This document shows positions 1 to 10,652 of a DNA stretch of 64,000 nucleotides, one piece after another. Where the stretch lies: assembly GCF_006345805.1 (NCBI RefSeq), contig NC_043011.1:65360464-65424463 (forward strand), read 5' to 3'. The translations under genes and the position numbers were made by a program. Source of the stretch: Octopus sinensis. Lineage: Eukaryota. Every line of letters begins with the position of its first letter. Within the stretch, counting starts at the first letter, position 1. The notes beneath the pieces were generated by a model, which was given only the letters and a program-made list of their open reading frames with translations, made no database searches and had not been told where the DNA came from.

Positions 1-2219
1 GTACAAAGACCGGATTAGGACTATAATTCAGAGGGCACTATCTGGTACCATCATTAATAACAAATGGTGGTACGCCCTCAAACGAGCCATCAAGTTCGAG
101 TCAATTAGATATAGCATAGGAGTAGTGGCTAGAGAGGCTAGGATGGTAACTACTCTAGTTAAGGAATTAGAGGAAGCCTTGAAAACTGGCTCTGCGGCTC
201 AGGTGGCGTCCAAGAGACTGGTTTTAAACCACCACCTCGAGGCCAAACACATGGGCTGCATTGTCAGGGCTAGGATCCGCGCAATAGGATGTGAAGGAAT
301 CAACGCTGTGAGATGGGCCCGAGTGGTGGAAGCCAAGCGTGGTAACGATGCCACGATTCGATCTATGACGAAACAACAAGGTGAGTTGATAAACGAGCCC
401 GAGGAGATGTGTGAGGCCTTTCAGGAGCACTTCGCTCAGCTTTTCGGTGAGTGCGGCGGACTGGATAGGAGGAGCGCCTTTACGGACCTACTCGACGGGA
501 TGCCGCGCTTATCGGGGCGAGATGCGGAGGGCTGTGAAGGGCCAATCACGCCTGAGGAAGTGGTTGAGGCAATGGCGGACTGCGGCGCGGGCAAGGCGCC
601 GGGTTTGGATGGTCTACCCTATGAGTTATATAAGAGTATGCCAGACTTGTTCGGGCACCTACTGGCGGAGGTCTATGCGAACTGGCAGCAGAACGAAATA
701 TACCCAGATATGTGCGCCGGGGAGTAGTGACACTCGTCAGAAAGGACCCGAGCAAGGGGGAGTGCATTGATAAATTCAGGCCCATCACTCTGCTAAACAC
801 AGAGTTGAAGATTTTGGCCAAAGTGTTATCGAAAAGATTGGCGCGTGTCACGGATGGTCTGATCGGGGAGGCACAGACATGTGCCGTTCCGGGCAGAACC
901 ATTCAGGATAATCTCCATCTAATGCGGTATACTATAGAGGGTTTTAATAGTGATTCTGGCAAGCGTGGGGCACTGGTCCATTTAGACCAATCTAAAGCAT
1001 TTGATAGGGTCGACCATCGGTACCTGGTATCTGCCCTGGCACAGTTGGTTGATCAAGTTGGAAAGACAGCTCTTCTACTTCTTGTGGAAGGGCGGGAAAC
1101 CACTTGTGAAACGCTCTACTTGCTGTCAACAACCGTTAAAGGGTGGGCTAGGGATGCCTTGGCTGATGATAAGCAGACATGCGCTGAGGTTAAAACATCT
1201 GTGGCTCTACCTGGATGGTGAACGGGTGTGGTCTCCGCTAGCAAAACTGATGTTTCCCAAGTTCACTAGTTTCGGTGGATGGGAAACCTGGCTGAGTCGT
1301 AGATCGAAACTTGGTACTTGGTACACGGAGTGTCGCAAGGCTCTCCTGCTATTTCGTCGCTCAGGTAACGCTTGCGGTGGGGGTTCCACCACATTCTTTT
1401 ATAGAGGGTTGGTAGAGGCGGAATGTGAAGATACCTTGGGGGAAACCCTAGGTCTCGACGATAATCAGCTGGCCAGTCTGTTCCGACGTACGTTCAAGCC
1501 GAAGACACTGGACAACTTCCAGAAGTCTCTGGCATGGCAATGCTACAGAGGAGCTCTACCTGTTCGGGATAAACTCGCAAGGCACGGTGGCCGAGACAGT
1601 CCGATATGTCCAAGATGCGAGCGGGACAGGGAAACCGTTCCGCACGCTATTGTTCATTGTCCGGACGTGTCTGAGGTGTGGGTTTATGCCGAACAGCTGT
1701 TGTCAAGTACATGAAGAGTACAGCTGTCGACTGAGTCGATTACAAAAATTGACCCACCGGATTTCCTCGCGAATGAAGTTAAGTTTCGTTTTCTCGTTGT
1801 AGTAGCAATTGCGAAAGAGGTGATATGGAAGACGAGAATGAAAGGTCTACAATCAGGCAAGTTCATCTCCGGCCCTGGTTTGATGAATTATTTCATCTTT
1901 CACCTGAAAAGGAAGATAGGGCTGGAGAGAATATGCCTGACTAAGAGAGTGTATGAAGAACGATGGAAAGATGTAGCACGAAAGTTGCGAGTGAATGATA
2001 CAACATAAATGTAAAACCAAACGAAACCAAAAGTATCAGTGGGGAGGCGGAGCTCGTGGGGTCAGAGCTAAACCCGCACCCACTCCAGCCGTAATGTCTT
2101 CCGGTCTGTTCCAACATTCGATTTCTTGCTATTTTTGTAAATTTCTGTAAATTTTTAAAATTCGCTTTTTTGTAAAACCCATTTGTGTGTCTGACCCCAT
2201 CATCAGATTGTATTATATT
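1..2219 (+). mobile_element. Tx1/L1-clade non-LTR retrotransposon, 3' part (ORF2 + 3' UTR), defective
   Basis: Frame open from base 2 (KWWYALKRAI linker). GKAPGLDGLPYELY, then after a frameshift near 715 FRPITLLNTELKILAKVL and LDQSKAFDRVDH. Post-RT FLWKGGKPLV..KGGLGMP and the C-terminal CPRC..ETVPHAIVHC zinc motif follow. Frame ends at 2008. Confidence 0.9.
2..2008 (+). pseudogene. L1/Tx1 ORF2 reverse transcriptase pseudogene with frameshift, internal deletion of the RT core and a premature stop at 1712
   Basis: ORFs 125-727, 712-1221, 1001-1714 and 1820-2008 are consecutive pieces. The QGxPLSP and YADD motifs are missing between DKAFD and the thumb region. Confidence 0.85.
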
Positions 2220-3010
2220 ATTATGAGAGTGTGGGTGGAGGGTAGGGCGCCCAGGTGCTACAAGTGTGGCCTGAGGGGTCACATAAGAGGCTACTGCCCT
2301 CGCCCACCAAAGGAAAAAGAAAAGGAAATCGTCGCGGAAGCCCCAAAAGAGGAAGAAACTAAAAAGAAACAAACAGAAAAGGAAACGACAGAAGAAGAGG
2401 AGATGCAACAAGAATGGGAAGAAGGCAGAAAAAAGAGAAAAAGAAAGAAAAACAAAAACTGTGCGAAGCCCCAACCCACCCCAACACCACCCACACCCTT
2501 GGAGACCAATCCTGCCCCTACAAACAGCGATTCCACCCACTCCCCGCCTACAAGAAAAACAAAAACAGACACACAGAACAAACAAGAGCCCCAGACCTAC
2601 TTTTTGTGTGTTGTGAGGAAGGGGGACACCGAGGACGCAACAATGATTTTTCATAATGACGTATGGCAAGAGTATGAAGATGGCAGTTACGCGGTGTGTG
2701 ATTTGGAATTTATGGACTCATTGACGAACAAGTGTAACGAATTGTGTATAAATTTGGTGAAAGCGTATATGAGGGATGATATGATAGAGATGTATGAAGG
2801 AGAAATGAAGGGTGTGGTACACGGGTTTGGAATTGTGATGGGAAACGGACAGGTAAGTGATGCTGGCGGAGGGGGCCGTTAGCATCGCTTTCATATTATC
2901 ATTTTTTCATTTTAATATTCATTTGCTCATAATTTTAATCATATTGTTTTATATACCCCATGTCTTGTAATGTCCCCTCTTCGTCGCCCCTAGTGGGTAA
3001 TAAAGAAATA
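2220..3010 (+). mobile_element. 5'-truncated ORF1-only (Gag-like zinc knuckle) retroelement, copy 1
   Basis: From 2222 MRVWVEGRAPRCYKCGLRGHIRGYC (CX2CX4HX4C), a K/E-rich and P/T-rich tract, stop at 2882, T-rich 3' UTR and AATAAA at 2999-3004. No ORF2 follows. Confidence 0.75.
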
Positions 3011-4672
3011 GGTTGTGTTTTTTTGCGCTCTGTGAAATTCGGTAAAAAAAGAAAAAAGAGCAAAAAGTATTGTTGTTGTTGTAGAAATTTTGAACGTTGT
3101 TGATGCGGTTTCGCCTTTACACTGGTTCTACGAGTTACACTTTTTCTGTTCAGGCGGCCGTTTTCGGTCTGTCAGACAGAAGTAAATGGACTTTGATTCC
3201 CTATCAGACTTGTCTACGTCTGAGGAGGAACTGGAACAGGCAGTGAGAATGATGGATCGAAAGCTTGGTTATACCTATGCCGGTGTAACCAAGAAGGCGG
3301 AAGAGAAAGGGGTGGACTTGGCCAAGCTGCCAAGTTACCAGAAATATATGAAGAAGGACAGCGGTGAGGTCGAACTAGCACCGACACCCAAGAGAAAAGA
3401 ATGGTATGATAAAAGGACCATTATATACAGGGTGTTCGCAAACGAAAGGAAGAAGATAGAAGTTGTAAACATGGAGTGGATAGAGGAGGCGCTGAGAAGA
3501 ACGGAGGAGGAAATTAATTTTCTGACTCGAGGATTAAAGTATGGTACTGTAGTGGTACAGTTTAAATGTGAGAATGTAGCAAGGAAGATGGCGCCGAAGG
3601 CGGTGAAATCCGAGAAGGTAACTCTTTTGCCTACATATCTAAATAGAAGGATTACACGAGTAAGGGTGGAGGGAGTGCCACCAAACGTGGAGGCAGAGTG
3701 GATTGTGGCGGCTGTGATTAGCGGCCACGAGGAGGAAGTGGATATTCTCTCCATGCCTCGGTTAAGACCGAGGGCTGGAGAGGCGTAATAGTGGAACTGA
3801 ACGTGCAGGCAGAGAACGAAGTACTAGTGGACCTAGCGGAAAGCATCAGATTGGGAGACATGATCATGAGAGTGTGGGTGGAGGGCAGAGCTCCACGTTG
3901 TTACAAGTGTGGCCTGAGGGGTCACATAAGAGCCTTCTGCTCTCCCCCAGTGAAAGAAATGGATTCCGAACCACAGAGAGAGAAGCAGAAACCAGAGGAG
4001 AAGGAGACAGTAGAAGAAGAGAATTCTCAGAAATGGAAAGAAGCTGGGAATAAGAGGAAGAGGAGAATACGAGGATAAGAAAATAACATGGAACACCAAT
4101 CCACCCCAACACCACCCACACCCTCTGAGACCCACCCTATCCCTGCAGACAGTGAACCCACCCGCTCCCCTCCAACAAGAAAACAAAAGAAAAAAATAAT
4201 ACAGACAGACAAGAGTTTGAACACGAACCCAGGCCGAACATTTATATTATGACTGAAGAGAAAGAAGTGAAAAGGGTAATGGAAGAGTATAAATGGTATG
4301 AAATAGGTGAGACCAGATATGCAGTGCTGGAAAAGAAGAAGATAGATGAGTTTGTGTTGAGGTGTGAAAGGGAGAATTGGGACGTGAAAGATACAAGAAT
4401 GAGCGATGAATTCGTGGAAAATATGGAGGAGTATTTCGGAGTAAGAATGGATATGGATGGTCTTCGTATTGGGAAGGAACATTCAGGTGACAGTGAAAAC
4501 AAAAGGACAGGTAAGTGATGCTGGCGGAGGGGGCCGTTAGCATCGCTTTCATATTATCATTTTTCATTTTAAATATTCATTTGCTCATAAATTTAATCAT
4601 TTTGTTCTATGTCCCCCATGTTTTGTTATGTAAGCCAATCTTCGTAGGCCCTGGTGGGTAATAAAGAAATAA
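3011..4672 (+). mobile_element. Near full-length ORF1-only zinc-knuckle retroelement, copy 2 (frameshifted)
   Basis: 5' UTR, ATG at 3186, ORF pieces 3186-3788, 3791-4078 (CYKCGLRGHIRAFC) and 4249-4518. Same 3' tail as copy 1, AATAAA at 4660-4665. Confidence 0.75.
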
Positions 4673-5151
4673 CATGGAGGAAAGCGCCTTCGAAAACTTT
4701 GTTGGTGCGATTATGAAAGATATCTAATCTGAGGCGGTAAATTCGCCACAATAGAAGCAAGGTTCGAGTCAACGGAGAGTGCAAGGGAGTACTCGACTCG
4801 AACTTGATAAGTGCAAATATTTTATTTTTACCGTTATATAAAAAAAAATTCCCCCCCCCTTGTAGGCTTGATTGTAGCCACACTTCTATACAAGCGGGAG
4901 GACAAGATACAATTGATCGAAATTACAACAGACGGGCTAACAATTCCAGCCTGTTATATATTTTGAGTATTGTCATCACTGGCGATATCAAGATATAACT
5001 TTGTATTTTGTATTTTATATCTAGATGTATATATATAGATGTACCTGTAATATGGACACATATATATATATATATACATATATATACATGTACTAGCACT
5101 ATGACCCAGGATCGACGGGTCTTTAATGCTGGTTCTTAATATAAAATAATG

Positions 5152-6142
5152 TACATTTAAACACAAGATACGCCTGCATACGGCAGGCAGTTTTTACACG
5201 CTAGAAGAAGTAGTCAAAACGCCCAAAACCACAATTAAGAGCAATCGTCAAAGGGAATAAAATATATCTTTTGCCTCCTTATTTTAATCCGGTCAGACCG
5301 AGGTTTCTGATTTAGCAACTAAAATATTTTTGCTAGGCGAAATTTTTTTTATCAGTGACCGGGCCATAACACTAACATGTCATTAAGAGACAATTAACAC
5401 GTGTCTTATCGCTATACATTATAATTGTTCAAATTAACCGAACAGGCGCATTACCACCCGGCGGTAAATGAATGACTGCCGAAATAATCTTTTAAAAATT
5501 GATCAAAATCATATACGTAAAATATATGTTGGGTAGGAAGTTATTTTTTGAAATTTCACTACAAGTGACCTAGCATGAATAAAAAGTCAATAGACAACAT
5601 ATTCTCAAATATAAAATAGTCTACATTTAAACTCAAGAGAAACCTGCCTTCAACAGGCAGATTTTCCACGCTAGAAGTAGTAACAACCACCAACACAATA
5701 TACGTATATGTCTTTAGCAATTTCTTAGTGATTAGTTCTGTAGTCGTTTATTTACCGTCGATTGATACATCGCTTGCGCAGTGGATTTCAAATGTTATAA
5801 TGTATAACGAAGAGACACGTGTTAATCGTCTCTTAATTATATGTTAGTGTTATGGCGCGGTTACTGATGAAAACTTTCGCCTTGGAAATTATCTTAATTG
5901 CGAAAAAAATTTAGAAATCTCTGTCAGACCGGAATAAAGTAACAAGATTAAATTTATTCTTTTTCATTCCTTTTGAAGATTGTTCTTAAGTGTTGTTTTG
6001 GTCGTATTGACTCTTTCTTCTAGCGTATAAAACCTGCCTGTTGGACGCAGATTTCCCTTTTGCTTAAATGTAAACTATTTCATATTGAGAATATGCTGTC
6101 TATTGTTTTTTATACAAGCTAGGACGCTTGTAGTGAAATTTA
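5152..6142. repeat. Old internal triplication with inversion (units ~5152-5520 +, ~5545-5690 +, ~5700-6142 -)
   Basis: For example CACGCTAGAAGAAG..CCATAACACTAACAT..TTAACACGTGTCT recurs reverse-complemented at 5790-6070. The structure is repeated in M3. Confidence 0.8.
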
Positions 6143-6204
6143 TTTTAAAAAAACCCCTCATAACCACACACATATGTATAAATAAATAAATAAATAAATA
6201 AATA

Positions 6205-6266
<62 letters not shown>

Positions 6267-6289
6267 TTTATTAGGTTAGCTGCACTGTT

Positions 6290-6540
6290 TCAGCTTTCGC
6301 ATGATATATTGTTGTACAGCTGTGCTTCCGTAATGGAAGTCTGAACTCAATTTTGTGTCTTATGTTACAGTGTTTCCCTTCCGAATTATCAGATGCGACG
6401 GGAAAAATAACTGCGCAAATAAGCAAAAACAGTCTTCATCGATAGATCGAACTGTTTGTAGAACGTTAGAAGAGGTTCATTGAAAAGCAAGGAAAGTTTC
6501 TGGAAAAATGCCATTCGATTCTGTATAATGAAGTATATAA
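6290..6540 (+). mobile_element. Decayed mariner transposase 3' remnant
   Basis: Reads IELFVER*KRFIEKQGKFLEK, like the mariner C-terminus. The longer paralog at 20450-20760 retains LGVRVFPF..LDLA..KLKNH. Confidence 0.6.
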
Positions 6541-7654
6541 ACAATATTTTATTTCAAAGTTGATTAATTTAGTTACATAAATATAGTTATATATATATAG
6601 GGAACATACTTGCAACTGCTACTGTGTCTTTTATAGGCAGCAAGATCTTTGGGGCACGCGTGTTCTGCAGCCCTTCCGCATTCAGTGTCCCATATGTCGG
6701 TTACAACAACTGAAACGTCGAAAATTCCTAATTTATTCTTAAATGCTTCACAATAGGGAATTATTACAATGTTAATTACAACACGGGCGAAATAAAATGA
6801 AGATTTCAGTTATTTTCTATTCTTATGCTAGACCGTATACGTTTATATATATCTAAGGGCTCATTGATTTATAAATTCTGTATTCTACACACACAAACAC
6901 ACACACTCACTAACATACATACATGGACACACACTAACCACTCAGATTCTCACAGACGCATATACGTTTCTATAGGTACAAGTTGTGGAATCTGAAAGCT
7001 TGACAATAAATGACTGAGAATTGCGTTGTGGAATTGAGTATACTTTAAAGCAGCTCTTCATAAATAGCTGCCATCTTTCCAATAAACTCATAAATGCCTC
7101 TTCAAAAACAACTTAAATAGTTAGTAGCGAATTCTGGACGAAATACTTTACTGCAAAACGAACAGAAAAATGGTTTAATCTGCATAGGTGTACATGTGGG
7201 CAAGGTTGCTACTTCAGGGGTGATGTTAGAGCAATAGAAACAGAGGAAAAGTTTGTCAGATGAATTTAGGTGAGAAATGGATTGACTTGAAAAAAATGCG
7301 ATGCCTGGACGTCCTGCAACTGCCGCTATAGTGGAAGACGTTACTGGTCTTCCCCATATTTTAACAGATAACATGTGACTTGTTTCAAAATCAAATTACC
7401 AACGTTACTAGCATATCGAGTGAGACAATTACAGATATTATGGGCAATGAATCTGGCGTGATTTGGGATTTTGCCCGATGGATACCACGTCATCTCACAC
7501 GTAAACAAAAGCACATCTGACTGATCACATCACAGGAAAATATCACAATATTTGAAACAGATCCATTCGGCTTCATTGAAAATTTCCTGAAATCGTTCCG
7601 TATTGGTAATTTTGATATGTTGTGATAGTACAATATAAAATTATATTATTTAAT

Positions 7655-7830
7655 TATTGCTCACGGGGACCTAATCAGGGCGGTGACAAACAAGGCCAGA
7701 CATCGACCTCAGATCGTAACTGCTACATATTTAAAAGACCCCGAATGGATGAAGTACAAAGGGCACCTCCACGACATGTCAACTCAGAACGAAATCCGAG
7801 ATGAAATACCAACGTCTGCACGCCCATCAT
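7655..7830 (-). mobile_element. Decayed tRNA-derived SINE (octopus OK/OR-type)
   Basis: Reverse complement matches the SINE at 31922-32112 (TCTGAGTT..CTTTG..CATCCATTCGGGG..CCTTGTTTGTC). Confidence 0.7.
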
Positions 7831-8727
7831 GCTCTAAGAATTTCACTTGAAAATAACATTTTAATATATGTTTCTAAAATATTCACTACGTTAATTCGCG
7901 TGCGTTCCTTAGTTTAAACATCCTGCTACTATCAAAAGAAAACTATCGTGAGCAAGAATATCTTTTAAGTAAAGTAGTTTTATTAACCTTATTAATGGTG
8001 TTGATTTGATAGCCAACAAGTTCACACTGCTGCAGTCAGAATATAAGGCGAATTTAGAATCAGTAGGGTATATAATACCACTTGCTAAAATCAGAGTCAA
8101 GGCTCCAAAACTACTATGATCTTACAATAAATATAAACGCTAGCAATCCAATGCAGGTAATCCAAAGGTTATTGAAATATACTTAACTTCCTGTTGTATT
8201 CAAAGCAAAGGTAAGCCTATTTCTAATGTGTTCATAGCATTGCTCTTATGAATCTTTATCGTGAGTTTATGGTGGTCTGGATTATTAGCGCTGATTTTAG
8301 CAAGTGGTATTATATGCCCTGATGGTTCTAAATTCCCCTCATATAGCGCCTGTAGCGGTGTGAAGTTACCTTATTAATACCATTAATAACGGTAATAATA
8401 CATCTGTATTTCCAATATGTTGTTTTCTTTTAGTGTCAGCACTACTACTGTATTGAACTATTTAATAATATTTTGTTTGAAACATTTTAAACTGTTCTCG
8501 GTTTGATGACGGCTAAGCGTTCAGACGAGTAATATTGGCATTGATGTAGTTGCATTTGAAACTTTGTCTAGGTGAATCCAACGGAAAAAGGACCAATGAA
8601 ATTTACATAAACAAAAGTGATTTAAAAAGTTCGAAACCTAGATTATCGACATTCGGGTTGTATATTTATATAATGGTCATTTATTTAACGTCCTTCCTTC
8701 ATGTCCGCAACTCGCAGACATTCTTTC

Positions 8728-8864
<137 letters not shown>

Positions 8865-8938
8865 AATGTATATATATATATATATGTATATATACATAGG
8901 TATATATATATATGTATATATATATGTATGTATATATG

Positions 8939-8971
<33 letters not shown>

Positions 8972-8982
8972 GTATACATATA

Positions 8983-9035
<53 letters not shown>

Positions 9036-9165
9036 CGTGGGTGGGGGCGTATAATGAATATGGTGTGGAATGGGCGGATAAAGTATTAACTTATGTATAT
9101 CAGCATAGAATTCTATGTAAATTCATAGATAACCATTTACGTTATGTAATTTTCAAAACACTTAC

Positions 9166-9223
9166 CAAGGTTAGGAAGCAAAAGGTATATGTAGAATGCT
9201 ATCATGGTTTTGTTGCCTCTCAT
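9166..9223 (-). CDS. Candidate first coding exon, signal-peptide-like MRGNKTMIAFYIYLLLPNL(G), phase-1 donor
   Basis: ATG + 19 codons + G|GTAAGT. ATG, frame and donor are conserved in all three M copies. Confidence 0.35.
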
Positions 9224-9625
9224 ATTCCACGTCTTATCTCCTGCATAGGTGAATACGTCACATATAACATCATTCGTATTTGATGTAACAGGTGCTTCTC
9301 CTAGAATGGCACAACGTATAAATTTCACTTATGATTTTTTCACTGCCTTTGTTTTCATTATCTGACGATTCGCATTTTTATGTCCGACAAGTTTTATGTA
9401 TGTGGAATGATATATTTCAACCACCGTATATACACTTTTTAGCCCTAACGCTAAACGCACATTGGAAAGAATTTTCGGGGATGTACCTATCAAAAAGAAG
9501 GATTTAGCAATATCACAGTCGATTTTAGCTGAGATACACGGAACTTCATAAATATATACGTTAAATTCCATCCAATTCTATAAACAGATAGGACCAAACC
9601 GACGTTACTTAGTGCACATTATTGT

Positions 9626-9669
<44 letters not shown>

Positions 9670-9922
9670 CTTCATGGTGATGACACTGATGATAATAATA
9701 AAAATATAATGAAGAGAAGAAGAAGAAGAAAAAGAGGAAGAGAAGAAGTGTAAGAAGAAAAAGAAGAAGAAGAAGAAGAAGAAAAAGAAGAAGAAGAAGA
9801 AGAAGAAAAGACCGGTGGAATTGAATAAAGGAACCTGTTGAATATTTGATGGAAGCGGATTTTTAATGAATATAATCGCAAAAAAGGAAATTTATTGCCA
9901 TAGAAAGCACAATTTAACAATG

Positions 9923-10446
9923 CCCTGATGCAGTAAGAGACAGTGGCTCTCATGGCTTTTGATATTAACTGATTGGATGTGTTATCATGTACATTGTTTT
10001 GTCTTGGCGTAAAAGATGGGCTACAGTAAATATTCTGCTCAATACAACAGATTTGCTTGTCAGTTGTTTGACCTTAACCAGTTGAGCATGTCTTTTAGTG
10101 GCTGACGATATGTGCATCTCTGATCACGAACAGAAGCAGTTGTGGAGCATCATAGCCATAACTTGAGAAGCAGTCTTTGGAGTTTGAACAATTCACCTCT
10201 GGAAACATGGTTGTTTCGTCCTCCCATAATATATACAAGCCTTCTTCAGGAAATATTTCAGCAGTATTGGCTACTCGACCTGAAGAAAATTCCAGTTAGT
10301 TCCCAGCTGTTAGGTCAGACACAAACGATACATGTTTGTGATGCATCCGCCAGTTGTACACTTATCATACGGGTAGGCATCATAAAAATACAGGGCATCG
10401 AACATTTTATCCCAGGGTCAATTTGTTGACATGCTCTGCTCTCTCA
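9923..10446. mobile_element. ~0.5 kb non-coding interspersed repeat bordering (TAA)n, copy 1
   Basis: CCCTGATGCAGT...TGCTCTCTC. Homologous to 13159-13370, 56964-57480 and 58048-58600. Confidence 0.75.
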
Positions 10447-10598
10447 ATAAATAATAGTAATAATAATAATAATAATTAATTATAATAATAATTATAATAA
10501 TAATAATAATAATGATGATGGTGATGATGATGATGATGGTGATGATGATAATAATAAAAATAATATCAATAAAACTAATAATAATAATAATAATGATG

Positions 10599-10651
<53 letters not shown>

Positions 10652-10652
<1 letters not shown>

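Noticed and set aside
2187-2221. Start of the 231-aa ORF as a true N-terminus
   Set aside because: Homology to copy 2 begins only at 2222. The first codons are Tx1 3' UTR read in frame by chance.
4762-4803. GGTTCGAGTC B-box and hairpin as a tRNA or snRNA target of the Tx1 array
   Set aside because: There is no A box or cloverleaf and no match to U1, U2, U5, U6 or 5S that I can see. The M3 copy breaks the stem without compensation.
7102-7374. C2H2 zinc-finger-like ORF (DKLFLCFYC..KPFFCSFCSKVF; paralog 19549-19809)
   Set aside because: The His ligands are absent, the CxxC spacing is 26 rather than 28, and the frame differs between copies.
9245-9640. Hydrophobic frame with TGA stops as a mitochondrial insertion (TGA = Trp)
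   Set aside because: It has no recognisable mitochondrial protein motif and also contains TAA and TAG in frame.
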